Positions 20,956 to 30,985 of a stretch of 64,000 nt of DNA are shown here, in pieces (the stretch's first letter is position 1; every line of letters begins with the position of its first letter). This stretch comes from Candidatus Multivorans sp. (GTDB taxonomy: Bacteria; Acidobacteriota; Thermoanaerobaculia; Multivoradales; Multivoraceae). The notes below the pieces were generated by a model. The model was not told the origin of the DNA, did not search any database, and saw only the letters and a program-made list of their open reading frames with translations. The stretch is from positions 352,001-416,000 of the forward strand of contig OZ251997.1 in NCBI GenBank assembly GCA_965247095.1, in the 5' to 3' direction. Both the position numbers and the translations under genes were made by a program.

Positions 20956-22197
20956 ATGACATCGAACCGTCTCCTTTGTGCTCCTGGCTGCGCGGCAGCC
21001 CTCGCGCTCGTTCTCGGCGCCTGTGGCGGCTACGGCGGCGCCCAAGCCGGCGATGCGGCCGGCGAGGGTTTGATGGCGCCGCGCTTCGAGGTCGACCCGT
21101 TCTGGCCCAAGCCGCTGCCGAACCACTGGATTCTCGGCCCGGCGATCGGCGTCGCGGTCGACTCCCGCGATCACGTCTGGATCGTCCACCGCAACACGCC
21201 GAACGTCTTCGGCGCGATCAACGAGATCGGCGCGGCCCAGGATCCGCCGCTCTCCGAGTGCTGCATCCCGGCGCCGCCGGTGCTCGAATTCGATCCCGAC
21301 GGCAACCTGGTCGGGCACTGGGGCGGTCCCAGCGAGAGCGGCGAGTACGAGTGGCCGATGTCCAATCACGGCATCCTCGTCGACCACATGGACAACGTGT
21401 GGATCGGCGGCAACGGTGGCGGCGATTCGCACGCGCTGAAGTTCAGCCGCGACGGCCAGTTCCTGATGCAAGTCGGGAAGGCGAACGCCCGGGTCAACGA
21501 GGGTGCCGGCGAGGATGATCCGGCCTTCGTGCGCAACAGCCACGACATGGAGAACTTCGGCCGCGTGGCGAAGCTCTCGGTCGATCCGGAGGCGAACGAG
21601 GTCTACGTCGCCGACGGCTACGTCAACCGCCGCGTGGTCGTGATCGACGCCGACACCGGCGAGTTCAAGCGCTTCTGGGGCGCCTACGGGGAAGCGCCCG
21701 ACGACGAACTGGATCTCGGTCAGTACGTGCCCGGCGATCCACCTGCGACCCAGTTCCGCGGCCCGGTCCACTGCGCCGACATCTCCGCCGACGGCCTGCT
21801 CTACGTCTGCGACCGCGCGGCGGACCGCATTCAGGTCTTCCAGGCCGACGGCACCTACGTCGACGAAGTGTTCATCGCTCCCGAGACCCTTTCCCAGGGC
21901 TCGACCTGGGACGTTGCCTTCTCACCCGACGAGGAGCAGAAGTTCCTCTACCTCGCCGACGGTCAGAACATGAAGGTCTACGTGATCGAGCGCGAGAGCA
22001 TGGAGGTGCTCTACGCCTTCGGCGACGGCGGCCGCCAGCCCGGCCAGTTCTTCGCCGTCCACAGCATCGCGACCGACTCCAAGGGCAACATCTACACGAC
22101 CGAGACCTACGAGGGGAAGCGGCTTCAGAAGTTCGTGAATCTGGGGATGCAGCCGGTGCCGGAGGAGGACCTGGGGACGCCCTGGCCGGCGGGGTAG
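20956..22197 (+). CDS. NHL-repeat beta-propeller lipoprotein, PAL (alpha-amidating lyase)-like
   Basis: Lipobox LGAC; FEVDPFWPKPLP, GVAVDSRDHVWIVHR, VYVADGYVNRRV, YVCDRAADRIQVF, HSIATDSKGNIY. Confidence 0.75.
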   Translation: MTSNRLLCAPGCAAALALVLGACGGYGGAQAGDAAGEGLMAPRFEVDPFWPKPLPNHWILGPAIGVAVDSRDHVWIVHRNTPNVFGAINEIGAAQDPPLSECCIPAPPVLEFDPDGNLVGHWGGPSESGEYEWPMSNHGILVDHMDNVWIGGNGGGDSHALKFSRDGQFLMQVGKANARVNEGAGEDDPAFVRNSHDMENFGRVAKLSVDPEANEVYVADGYVNRRVVVIDADTGEFKRFWGAYGEAPDDELDLGQYVPGDPPATQFRGPVHCADISADGLLYVCDRAADRIQVFQADGTYVDEVFIAPETLSQGSTWDVAFSPDEEQKFLYLADGQNMKVYVIERESMEVLYAFGDGGRQPGQFFAVHSIATDSKGNIYTTETYEGKRLQKFVNLGMQPVPEEDLGTPWPAG

Positions 22198-22222
22198 AGG
22201 GCAGGGCGCGCCGGGGCGAACA

Positions 22223-22319
22223 GATGCGGGCGAGACGCCCGCGTGCCATCCGTGCGCCCGATGACGGGCGCACGGAGTGGTTCGCGGGTGGCGCGGATCG
22301 CGCCACACGGGTTCCCAGG
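22223..22319 (+). repeat. Composite multi-hairpin intergenic repeat, copy A
   Basis: 90/97 identity by hand alignment to the reverse complement of 50201-50297; three hairpins. Confidence 0.9.
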
Positions 22320-22352
22320 AAGTGCCGAGGAAGTCTCCGACGGCCATTCGCC

Positions 22353-23279
22353 TCAATCGAAGGCGGTGAGGATCTCTTCCGCGACCAGTTGATAGTGATC
22401 GAGACGGTGGGTCGGGATGCCGCCGATCATGATCTCCTCGGCGCCGGCGTCGATCATCGTGCCGATCCGGTCGATTACGTAGCTCTTGCTGCCGGCTGCG
22501 GTTCCCTCACCCAGTCCGCGGGCGTCGACGAAGGCCTTGGCGGCCGCGGCGTCGTCGGTGACGAAGGTGGGCATCAGCACCGTGTGCTTGATCATTCCGG
22601 GGTCGCGCCCGGCCTCTGCGCAGTGCCGGTCGACCACCGAGACCTTGTGCTGGAAGTACTCCCGGGTCATCGGTCCGCGGGCCCAACCGTCGAGGTTCAT
22701 CACGTCGCCGTGGCGCGCCAGGGTGCGCAGCGTCCGCTTCTCGCCGGTGCCGCCTATCAGGATCGGGATCGGGTCCCCGTAGCAACCGGGGGAGAGGGGC
22801 GCCGAGTCGAGCTCGTAGTATTCGCCCTTGAAGTCGACCGGCTCGCTTGACCGGAAGAGAGCGCGGATCAGCTCGACCGCCTCCTCGAAGCGGTCCTGGC
22901 GCTCCTTCATCGACGGGAACGTCCAGCCGTACGCTTCGTGCTCGCGCTTGAACCAGGCTGCGCCGATGCCGAGCACGAAGCGGCCGTGGGAGATGTGGTC
23001 CAGGGTGCCGGCCATCTTCGCCACCAGGGCGGGATTGCGGTAGGTGTTCCCCAGCACCAGATGGCCGATCTTCAGCTTCTTCGTGACCCCGGCGGTCGCG
23101 GCGGCGATCGTGAATGCCTCGTGGGCCGTGAGGTGCTCCTCTTCCCTGAGCCCCGGGGGCGGCAGGTAGTGATCGGCGTACCAGATGCTGTCCCACGGAC
23201 CGGCATCGAGCAGCTCCGCCACTTCGCGGATGCTGTCCCAGGTGTTTCGATAGCAGGTGACCTGCGCGCCGAACCTCAC
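22353..23279 (-). CDS. LLM-class flavin/F420-dependent oxidoreductase
   Basis: DSIWYADH, GNTYRNPALVAKMAGTLDHISHGR, IGAAWFKREH, GGTGEKRTL. Confidence 0.88.
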   Translation of the reverse strand: MRFGAQVTCYRNTWDSIREVAELLDAGPWDSIWYADHYLPPPGLREEEHLTAHEAFTIAAATAGVTKKLKIGHLVLGNTYRNPALVAKMAGTLDHISHGRFVLGIGAAWFKREHEAYGWTFPSMKERQDRFEEAVELIRALFRSSEPVDFKGEYYELDSAPLSPGCYGDPIPILIGGTGEKRTLRTLARHGDVMNLDGWARGPMTREYFQHKVSVVDRHCAEAGRDPGMIKHTVLMPTFVTDDAAAAKAFVDARGLGEGTAAGSKSYVIDRIGTMIDAGAEEIMIGGIPTHRLDHYQLVAEEILTAFD

Positions 23280-23295
23280 GTCGTGATCCTCCCGG

Positions 23296-24276
23296 TCACC
23301 AACCCGCGTTCTCCATGACCGTCTTGCCGATGATCTTGCGGTCCATCATGTCCCGCAGCGCCTGCGGAATCTGCTCCAGAGGATAGCGGTGCGAGATGTA
23401 GGGCTTGATCTTGCCCTCGGCGGCGAGAGCCTCCGTCTCGACCCGGGCCGCTTCGAACAATTCCGGCTCGCGCATCCTGGAGGCGCCCCAGAACACCCCG
23501 ACGATGTCGCAACCCTTGAGCAGAGTGAGGTTGAGAGGTATCCGCGGAATGCCGGCGGTGAAGCCGATGACCAGGAATCGCCCGCGCCAGGCCGTGGCGC
23601 GCAAAGCCGTTTCCGCGTACTCACCGCCGACCGCGTCGTAGACGACATCGACGCCCTTGCCGCCGGTCAGCTCCTTGGCGCGGACCTTCAGGTCCTCCTC
23701 GGTGTAGTTGATCGTCTCGTCGGCGCCGCGCTGCCGGCACAGCGCCAGCTTCTCCTCGGTCGAGGCGGCGGCGATCACCCGCGCGCCCATCACCTTGCCC
23801 AGCTCGAGTGCGGCGAGGCCGACGGCGCCGGCGGCGCCGAGCACGAGGAGGGTTTCGCCGGGTTTCAGGTCGCCCCGGTACTTCAGAGCGTAGTGGCCGG
23901 TGCCGTAGGCGTAGCCGTAGCCGGTGGCCTCGGCGTGACCGAGACCCTGCGGCAGCTTGCGCACCTGGGACGCCGACAGCAGCACTTGTTCCGCGAAGCC
24001 GCCGGTGCCGCCTCCCCCGACCACGTCGTCACCGACCGCGAGATCGTCGACATCCGGGCCCACCGCGGCGATCCTGCCGCCCACTTCGCCGCCGACGACG
24101 AAGGGCGGTTCGCCACGAAACTGGTAGCGGTTCTCGATCATCAGCGTGTCGGGAAAGGTGATCGCCGCCGCGCGGATGTCGACGACGACCTCGCCCGGAC
24201 CGGGAACCGGATCGGCCAGCTCCTCGATCGTCAGGTTCTCCGGGGGACCGAACTCACTGCATACGACTGCCTTCAT
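23296..24276 (-). CDS. NADPH:quinone oxidoreductase (MDR family)
   Basis: MKAVVC, GETLLVLGAAGAVG, GVDVVYDAVG, LLKGCDIVG. Confidence 0.88.
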   Translation of the reverse strand: MKAVVCSEFGPPENLTIEELADPVPGPGEVVVDIRAAAITFPDTLMIENRYQFRGEPPFVVGGEVGGRIAAVGPDVDDLAVGDDVVGGGGTGGFAEQVLLSASQVRKLPQGLGHAEATGYGYAYGTGHYALKYRGDLKPGETLLVLGAAGAVGLAALELGKVMGARVIAAASTEEKLALCRQRGADETINYTEEDLKVRAKELTGGKGVDVVYDAVGGEYAETALRATAWRGRFLVIGFTAGIPRIPLNLTLLKGCDIVGVFWGASRMREPELFEAARVETEALAAEGKIKPYISHRYPLEQIPQALRDMMDRKIIGKTVMENAGW

Positions 24277-24322
24277 TGCTTGCCTCTCAGACTGTTGTGG
24301 ATTCTCCGCCAGGTGGCCACCG

Positions 24323-25903
24323 CTAGATCGCCCGGTCGCGGCCCTTCCAGTACGGCGCGCGGACCAAGCCGCGCTGGATCTTGCCGGTGGGCATCCGCGG
24401 CAGATCGGTGGCGAAGTCGAGCGAGCGTGGGCGCTTGAAGTCCGGCAGGTTCTCGCGGCACCAGGCCAGCAGCTCCTCGGCGAGTTCGTCGCCCGCTTCG
24501 TAGCCAACGCCTACTTCGACCACCGACTTGACGCTCTCGCCCCATTCCTCGTGCGGCACGCCGACGGTGCAGACCTCGTACACCGCGGGGTGCTGGTGCA
24601 GCACGTCGTCGATTTCCTGGGGGTAGATGTTGACGCCGCCGGCGATGATCGTCTCCGCGGATCGGCCGGTGAGGAACAGGTAGCCGTCCCCGTCGACGTA
24701 GCCCATGTCGCCCATCGTGAAGAAGTCGCCGCGATAGGCCGAGGCGGTCTTGTCGGGGGCCTTGAAGTACTCGAACCGGTTCGCGGACGCCTGGAAGTAC
24801 ACGGTGCCGGTGGCGCCGATCTGGACCGGTTCGCCGTCGTCGTCGAGGACCTTGTACTTCGTTCCCTCGACCGTGCGGCCGACGCTTCCCGGCTTGTCGA
24901 GCCACTCCTTCGAGTCGATGAAGAACGTGCCGCCCTCGGTGGCGGCGTAGTACTCCCAGACCACCGGGCCGAACCATTCGATGATCCGGTGCTTGATGTG
25001 GACCGGTGTGGGCGCCGCGCCGTGGACCAGCCAGCGCATTGAGGAGACATCGTAGCGTTCCCGGACCTCCCGCGGCAGGGCCAGCATGCGGTGGAACATC
25101 GTCGCCACCATGTGGGTGTGGGTGATGCGGTGCTTGTCGATCAAGGCGAGCGTCTCCTCCGCGTCCCACTTGTCCATCAGCACGGCGCCGACTCCGGCGC
25201 CCATCGGCACGGAGACATTCAGACCGAGTGGCGCGGCGTGGTAGAGGGGTCCGGTGACCAGGGAGCAGTCCGTATCGGGCTCGAAATCCCCCGACTCGCG
25301 CACCGCGAGCAGGAACGGCGTTGGCGTCGCGTCCGCCTTGCGGTAGACGCCCTTGGGATGACCTGTGGTGCCCGACGTGTAGAGCATCGGGGCGCCGAGG
25401 ATCGGGTTCTCGATGTTCGAGCCGTCTTCCGCCGCGAGTGCCTCGTCGTAGGACTCGGCCCCCTCGATTTCGCGGCCGACCGCGAGCGTCAGGCGCAGGT
25501 GGTTCGAGGCTGCTTGCGCTGCCGCGACCGCCGCGGCGAAGGCGGTATCGGCGATCAACACACGGGCCTCGCAGTCGGCGGCGATGTAGGCGACCTCTTC
25601 CGGCGTGAGATGCCAGTTGATCGGCGTCATCCGGGCGCCGCTGCGCGAGCAGGCGGCGATGGTGTCGATGAACTCGGGCCGGTTCCGGCACAGCAGGGCA
25701 ACGCCGACATCGGGGCCCACGCCGTGAGCCCGCAGCACCCGCGCAAGGCGGTTCGCGTTCGCGTTCAGTTCGCCGAGCGTGCGGCCGCCGAACTTGGACC
25801 GCACCGCCATCCGGTCGGGGGACTCGTCGGCGTGAACCGCGACTCCCATGCCGTAGGGCGCGGCCGCCATCAGTCGTTCCTGCAGTGCTGGGTCGATCGC
25901 CAT
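24323..25903 (-). CDS. Acyl-CoA synthetase (AMP-binding)
   Basis: YTSGTTGHPKG, EYYAATEG, TMGDMG, GGVNIYPQE, PTGK. Confidence 0.92.
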   Translation of the reverse strand: MAIDPALQERLMAAAPYGMGVAVHADESPDRMAVRSKFGGRTLGELNANANRLARVLRAHGVGPDVGVALLCRNRPEFIDTIAACSRSGARMTPINWHLTPEEVAYIAADCEARVLIADTAFAAAVAAAQAASNHLRLTLAVGREIEGAESYDEALAAEDGSNIENPILGAPMLYTSGTTGHPKGVYRKADATPTPFLLAVRESGDFEPDTDCSLVTGPLYHAAPLGLNVSVPMGAGVGAVLMDKWDAEETLALIDKHRITHTHMVATMFHRMLALPREVRERYDVSSMRWLVHGAAPTPVHIKHRIIEWFGPVVWEYYAATEGGTFFIDSKEWLDKPGSVGRTVEGTKYKVLDDDGEPVQIGATGTVYFQASANRFEYFKAPDKTASAYRGDFFTMGDMGYVDGDGYLFLTGRSAETIIAGGVNIYPQEIDDVLHQHPAVYEVCTVGVPHEEWGESVKSVVEVGVGYEAGDELAEELLAWCRENLPDFKRPRSLDFATDLPRMPTGKIQRGLVRAPYWKGRDRAI

Positions 25904-25945
25904 GCGGGCTCACTCCGTGTTCGCCGAGTGGTTCGCGGATCGGCG

Positions 25946-25965
25946 AGTGTACCGATAGCTACACT
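25946..25965. promoter_or_regulatory. Back-to-back TACACT -10 boxes for divergent genes
   Basis: AGTGTA-N8-TACACT dyad between the acyl-CoA synthetase and AcnX starts. Confidence 0.5.
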
Positions 25966-25973
25966 GACCGCCG

Positions 25974-27287
25974 ATGACCGCCGGTGACACGCCCAAGTCC
26001 ATCGAACTGACCGAGCTCGACCGCGCAATGCTCGCGGGCGACCATGGCGAGGCGGCGGCGACCGCGATGCGCATCCTGGTGACGATGGCCGGGGTTTACG
26101 GCGCTCGCCGGTTGCTGGACATCGAGGGCGCCCACATCGACGGCTGCCTCTACCACGGCGACTCGGGCGTCGACTTCGCGGAGATGCTGGTGGCGGGCGG
26201 CGCCCGGGTCCGGGTGCCGACGACGCTGAACGTCGGCGGCCTGGACCTGCTGCATCCGGAGGAGTTCGCGGGCACGCCGGAGCGCCGTGCCAAGGCCCTG
26301 CGGTTGATGGAGTGCTACGAGGAGATGGGCTGCCGGACGATCTGGACCTGCGCGCCCTACCAGGCGACGCCGCGGCCGGAGTTTGGCCAGCAGGTCGCCT
26401 GGGCCGAGAGCAACGCGATCGTGTTCGCTAACTCAGTGCTGGGTGCCCGCACCCACCGTTACGGCGACTTCATCGACATCTGCGCGGCAATCACCGGTCG
26501 CGCGCCCGCGGTCGGGCTCCACCTGGAGGAGAACCGGCGCGGCCAGGTCGTGTTCGATCTGCGTTCCCTGCCGCGAAGTCTGGCGTCGGCGTCGTGGCTT
26601 CTGCCGGCAATCGGCTACCTGGTGGGGGAGCGTTGCGGCAACCGCGTGCCCGTGCTGCTCGGCCTGGAGAAGGCCGACGAGGACGGCCTGAAGGCCCTCG
26701 GCGCCGCCGCGGCGTCTTCGGGCGCGGTGGCGCTCTTCCATGCCGTGGGGATCACGCCCGAAGCGCCGACGCTCGAAGCCGCGCTCGGCGGCGGGGAGGC
26801 GGAGGAGTGGGTCGAGGTCACTGCCTCCGATCTGCGGGCCGGGCTGCGGCGCCTGTCGACCGCGGCGGGCGCCGCGGAACCGGATGGCGGCGCGAACGAC
26901 CTCCGGATCGATGTCGTGGCGCTGGGCAGTCCGCACTTCTCGCCGCGCGAGTTCGCGGAGCTGCAACCCCTTGTCGAGCGTTACCCACCCTCGAAGAGCG
27001 TGGAGTTCGTGGTGTGTACGAACCGCCTCTCGCTCGACCACCTCGAGCGGAACGGGGACCTCGAGCGGCTCCGTGGGCACGGCGTACGGGTGGTTGTCGA
27101 TACCTGCGTGGTCGTCGCGCCCATCCTGCGTACGCCGGCAGGAGGAATCCTGATGACGAACTCCGGCAAGTTCGCGCACTACGCGCCGGGCAACGTGGGC
27201 TTCGACGTCGTCTTCGGCAGCCTGTCCGAGTGCGTGCGGTCGGCTCATGCGGGCCGGCTGCGGCGCGATCCGGAGTTGTGGCCGTGA
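25974..27287 (+). CDS. Aconitase X catalytic (large) subunit, DUF521
   Basis: AHIDGC, VPTTLN, TCAPY, AWAESNAIVFANSVLGART, LFHAVGITPEA, DTC, MTNSGKFAHY. Confidence 0.9.
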   Translation: MTAGDTPKSIELTELDRAMLAGDHGEAAATAMRILVTMAGVYGARRLLDIEGAHIDGCLYHGDSGVDFAEMLVAGGARVRVPTTLNVGGLDLLHPEEFAGTPERRAKALRLMECYEEMGCRTIWTCAPYQATPRPEFGQQVAWAESNAIVFANSVLGARTHRYGDFIDICAAITGRAPAVGLHLEENRRGQVVFDLRSLPRSLASASWLLPAIGYLVGERCGNRVPVLLGLEKADEDGLKALGAAAASSGAVALFHAVGITPEAPTLEAALGGGEAEEWVEVTASDLRAGLRRLSTAAGAAEPDGGANDLRIDVVALGSPHFSPREFAELQPLVERYPPSKSVEFVVCTNRLSLDHLERNGDLERLRGHGVRVVVDTCVVVAPILRTPAGGILMTNSGKFAHYAPGNVGFDVVFGSLSECVRSAHAGRLRRDPELWP

Positions 27288-27706
27288 GCGGCGTCGAGCT
27301 GCGAAGCCAGGTCCTGGTCGCCGGCGCCGGCGCCGGGCCGGTGCTGCGCCTGGAAGAGCCGCTCTCCTTCTGGGGCGGAGTGGACCCCATCAGCGGGCGG
27401 ATCATCGACCGGCGCCATCCCCGGTGCGGTGAGAGCGTCGCGGGCCGCGTTCTGGTCATGCCCTACGGTCGGGGATCGAGCAGTTCGAGTTCGGTGCTGC
27501 TCGAGGGCGTGCGTCTCGGCACCGCGCCGGCCGCCGTCGTGCTGCGCGAACTCGACGGCATTCTGGCCTTGGGCGCTACGGTGGCGCGGGAGCTGTACGA
27601 GAAGTCGCCGCCCGTGGTCGTCCTGTCGGCGGCGGACTGGGAGGCCCTGTGCGAAGGGGCGGAGGCGTCGGTTGACGTCAGCGGCCGTCTGCGGATCGCA
27701 GGCTGA
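27284..27706 (+). CDS. Aconitase X swivel (small) subunit, DUF126
   Basis: PLSFWGGVDP, GRVLVMPYGRGSSS; GTGA-coupled to the large subunit. Confidence 0.9.
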   Translation: MSGVELRSQVLVAGAGAGPVLRLEEPLSFWGGVDPISGRIIDRRHPRCGESVAGRVLVMPYGRGSSSSSSVLLEGVRLGTAPAAVVLRELDGILALGATVARELYEKSPPVVVLSAADWEALCEGAEASVDVSGRLRIAG

Positions 27707-28928
27707 CGTTCCAGGACGTCCACAGCCATACCTTGAAGGTGTCGCTGCTCCACTCGTCCGCGCTGTACTGCGCCAGCTTGATGCCGAAGTCCTGCTTCCA
27801 GGGGGTGTTCCAAACCGCCATCGCGTCGATCTCGGAACCGTAGTCCATGCTGCCGACCGCGGAGCGGAACTGGTGCCAGCGGAGGGTCCAGTTCCAGGCG
27901 TCCAGGTGGTGGTCCAGACGCAGGTAGAGGTCGACGAGGCCGTTGGCCGGCGTGCCGAGGAACTTGTCGGTCCAGCCGTTGAAGCCGTGCAGGGTCGCCA
28001 GGGGTGTGCGGAACCCGTAGGCGCCGTCGCCGTCCAGCGCCTCGCGCACAGCGCGCACGCTGACGTCGCCGCGGGAGAAGCCGATGCCGGCCTTCTGGTA
28101 GTCGAGGTCGACACTGCCGGGGTGGTCCGCCCAGTCCTGCTGTGCCACGTACTGGAGTTCGAACAGAACCGAGGCCGCTCCCGCGTCGTGCGAGCCGGTG
28201 TAACTGGCGCCCCAGTTGGATGTCGAGTTCGCTGCCGCGCCGGGCCGTTCGTAGTCCAGCAGGTAGCTGAACAGCGCCAGATTGCCCGGACCCGCCGGCC
28301 CCGAGACGTACAGCACGTGGGAGGCCATCGCTTCCTCGGCGCCGGTGATGCGATGGACCCGGTCGAGGAAGGCGTAGCGGAGCGTCCAGTCCGCGCCTAC
28401 CTGTGCATCCAGGGCAGCCGCGTCGAATGCCTGGTGGTGCTGGCGCCATCCGACCGCGCCGACGAAGCGCTGGTCGCCGATCAGGAGTTCGGTGCGGCCG
28501 AGAGTGAACGCGACCGGTCCGCGCTCGAGGCGGGCGGCGGCCTGGTTGATCGCCGTGAGCGCCGGATCGGCGATGACCGGGCGGTCGCGGACGCCGTTGT
28601 CGAGTCCGCCGTAGCCGAGGTTCCGGTACGTCCGGTCGTTGCCGACCGGGGTGACGTCCTCCGCCTCGAGCAGGAAGGAGAAGCCGCGGAAGGCCTTCGT
28701 CTGCAGTTTCAGGGTCGTGCGCAGGGTCGAGGCGAGCGCGGTGGCGTCGAACGCGTCGTCGTCGGATTGCTCGATCCGGTAGCGGAGACCCACCGAAACG
28801 TCCGCGTCGCGGATGGCCTGTCCGAGCGTTGCGGGCACCTGCGCTGCGGCCCCTTCGTCGCCCTGCGCGAAACCGGGCCAGACGCCGGCAAACACCGCTA
28901 GCGCAAGCAGAATCAGACACTTGCGCAT
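27678..28928 (-). CDS. Alginate-export-family outer-membrane beta-barrel protein
   Basis: Signal peptide; LRYRIE, DQRFVGAVGWRQ, FRTPLATLHGFNGWTDKF, YGSEID. Confidence 0.8.
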   Translation of the reverse strand: MRKCLILLALAVFAGVWPGFAQGDEGAAAQVPATLGQAIRDADVSVGLRYRIEQSDDDAFDATALASTLRTTLKLQTKAFRGFSFLLEAEDVTPVGNDRTYRNLGYGGLDNGVRDRPVIADPALTAINQAAARLERGPVAFTLGRTELLIGDQRFVGAVGWRQHHQAFDAAALDAQVGADWTLRYAFLDRVHRITGAEEAMASHVLYVSGPAGPGNLALFSYLLDYERPGAAANSTSNWGASYTGSHDAGAASVLFELQYVAQQDWADHPGSVDLDYQKAGIGFSRGDVSVRAVREALDGDGAYGFRTPLATLHGFNGWTDKFLGTPANGLVDLYLRLDHHLDAWNWTLRWHQFRSAVGSMDYGSEIDAMAVWNTPWKQDFGIKLAQYSADEWSSDTFKVWLWTSWNVSLRSADGR

Positions 28929-28992
28929 GGTCGGGTTGGGTACTCGGGGGGGAGATTTCGGGGGGTTCGGGCAGGTGGCGGCAGTATACACA

Positions 28993-30813
28993 TCAGTCGG
29001 TGGGCGGCCCGCCGATCCAGATGGGCGACGACCAGGCGCGTTCCTGAATCGTCGCCTGGAGCTCGGGCCTTGGTTCGACGCCGGCCTTGACGGCGTCCCA
29101 GGTCGACCAGCGGCACGTCGGGTTCTCCAGCGCCCGCAGGTAGTAGAAGGCGTGCTGCCCGGCTTCGTAGTCCGGGTCCCGCCAGAGGGCGACCAGCTCG
29201 GCCGCCCCCTTTTCGGGTGTGGTGCTGCAGTCGGATAGATCGACTTCGGCGCCGTTGTCCGGGCAGCGGTGAGTCTCGGGGTCGGGCATGCCTCCGTCGG
29301 AGCAGGCGACGTCGAACACCTGTTCCATCGCCTGCCCTGCCTTGCTCCAGCCCTTGACCACCTGCACTCGCTGCAGGGGCGTGCCGAGCGGGTCCTGGAG
29401 CGCCCAGACGAGGAATCGGGGCGCCGCGGCGCCGGGAGGGCCGGCGGGCAGTTCGCCACCCATCGGGACGCCCTCGGCGTAGGCCAGCTTGACCGCATCG
29501 TAGCGCCCGGCCAGGTCGTCAGGATAGGCGCCGGCGAAGAAGCGCACGACGATCCGGGGACCGCTGGTGGCGAAGGTCTCCTTGCGACGGAACGCGTCGT
29601 AGATCGAGTCGCGGGTGTTCTCCTCCGTCCAGACCCCGGCCAGTCCGGAGGCGCCCCAGGTCTTGTAGTAGGTAGCGGCGTAGGTGGTGACCCCGTCAGA
29701 CGACTCGAACGGCACCGAGCCGCGCAGCTTGGCGGTGGCGTCCAGGATGCCGATCTTGGCGACGAAGTTCGACTCGTCGAGAGAGGCGCCGCCGTTGTGG
29801 GTGTCGCTGGCGCCGACCAGGCCGAATTGGTAGGGGTTCAGGCCGCGCTCGGCCTGCACCTTGAGCCCTCGCTGGTATGCGTCGCGGACGTAGGAGCCGC
29901 GTGGCCTCGACTTGTTCCACTGCGCGATCCGGTAGGGCATGATCTCGAAGTCGGCCCACTCGTCGTTCGGCGACAGGAAGGGGTGGGTGTCCGACGTGCC
30001 CTTGACCTGGGTGATCTCGACCAGGGGTTCGTTCCGCATCCTGGTCTCGGCGTAGGCAGCGTCGATCGGCTCGCCGGCGAAGTTCACGAGCTGGAACATG
30101 TGGCCGTCGGAGCCGTTCGAGTTGTGGGGGATGGCGAGCGCCTCGATGCCCCTTTCCCGTAGGCCGTCCATCCATGCCCAGAGGTCTTCGGGGTTGATCG
30201 AGTCGATCCGGCCGTACGGCTGGTCCGGCACCGCGTCGCCGCGGAAGATCACGTTGCGGTGCAGGTTGCCGCCGGCGCGTCTGGACGAGTACTCGTAGGC
30301 CGGGAAGGTCGTGAAGGCGCCGGGGGCGTTGTGGCGTTCGGCGGCTTCGACAGTCCGTCTCCAGGCCGAGCGGATCACGTCGAGGTCGCGGTGCTCCCGC
30401 ACGTAGGCGCCGCTGCGGAGGGCGCGTCGCTTCTCGGCGATCGTCCGGGCCTGGGTGAAGTCGGCCGCCCGGTCGAGCCTGGACAGCGGATGGTCGGGCT
30501 GCGACATCGCCTCCAGCATGCCGAGGTAGTTCGCGTGGTCGGTGACCGCGAGGAAGTCGAGCGGCCGGTCGAGCTGGAGCTCGAAGCCGCCAGGGTGCTC
30601 GATGGGTCTGCCCTTGGCGAACTCGTAGGCGTCGTCGGGGGTGCTCCTCGTGCCGAAAATGAAGGCGTCGAACGAGTAGCGCGTGTGTACGTGCAGGTCG
30701 CCGAACAGGGCTTTCCGGTCGGCTTCGGCGGCCGCTGCGCCCGTGGCGTAGGCGCCGAGAATGGTGAGGGCGGCGGCTACTGCGGCGGCGGGGCTGACGA
30801 ACGGCTTCGGCAT
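28993..30813 (-). CDS. DUF3604 domain protein (secreted PHP-like metalloprotein)
   Basis: FGDLHVHT..SFDA, VTDHA, NLHRNVIF, IPHNSNGSDG, QVKGTSDTHP, IQERAWSSPIW. Confidence 0.9.
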   Translation of the reverse strand: MPKPFVSPAAAVAAALTILGAYATGAAAAEADRKALFGDLHVHTRYSFDAFIFGTRSTPDDAYEFAKGRPIEHPGGFELQLDRPLDFLAVTDHANYLGMLEAMSQPDHPLSRLDRAADFTQARTIAEKRRALRSGAYVREHRDLDVIRSAWRRTVEAAERHNAPGAFTTFPAYEYSSRRAGGNLHRNVIFRGDAVPDQPYGRIDSINPEDLWAWMDGLRERGIEALAIPHNSNGSDGHMFQLVNFAGEPIDAAYAETRMRNEPLVEITQVKGTSDTHPFLSPNDEWADFEIMPYRIAQWNKSRPRGSYVRDAYQRGLKVQAERGLNPYQFGLVGASDTHNGGASLDESNFVAKIGILDATAKLRGSVPFESSDGVTTYAATYYKTWGASGLAGVWTEENTRDSIYDAFRRKETFATSGPRIVVRFFAGAYPDDLAGRYDAVKLAYAEGVPMGGELPAGPPGAAAPRFLVWALQDPLGTPLQRVQVVKGWSKAGQAMEQVFDVACSDGGMPDPETHRCPDNGAEVDLSDCSTTPEKGAAELVALWRDPDYEAGQHAFYYLRALENPTCRWSTWDAVKAGVEPRPELQATIQERAWSSPIWIGGPPTD

Positions 30814-30985
30814 CGTGGGACCTCCGGTTTGTTCGCGGTGAGGGTGAGTCCGCCAGAATACCGAGACGCCGCTCTTAGGGTCTGCACCTGAGTTACACTT
30901 GCGCGCGCCGCCGGCGAGCCGAACGAGGAAGCGGTTCGTGGCGCGTGCACAGGCCCCGAACGGCACAACCCGGAGACAGGAAGAC

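Noticed and set aside
25926-25938. 13-nt match (gagtggttcgcgg) to the repeat core
   Set aside because: Too short, and the flanking hairpin arms are absent; likely chance.
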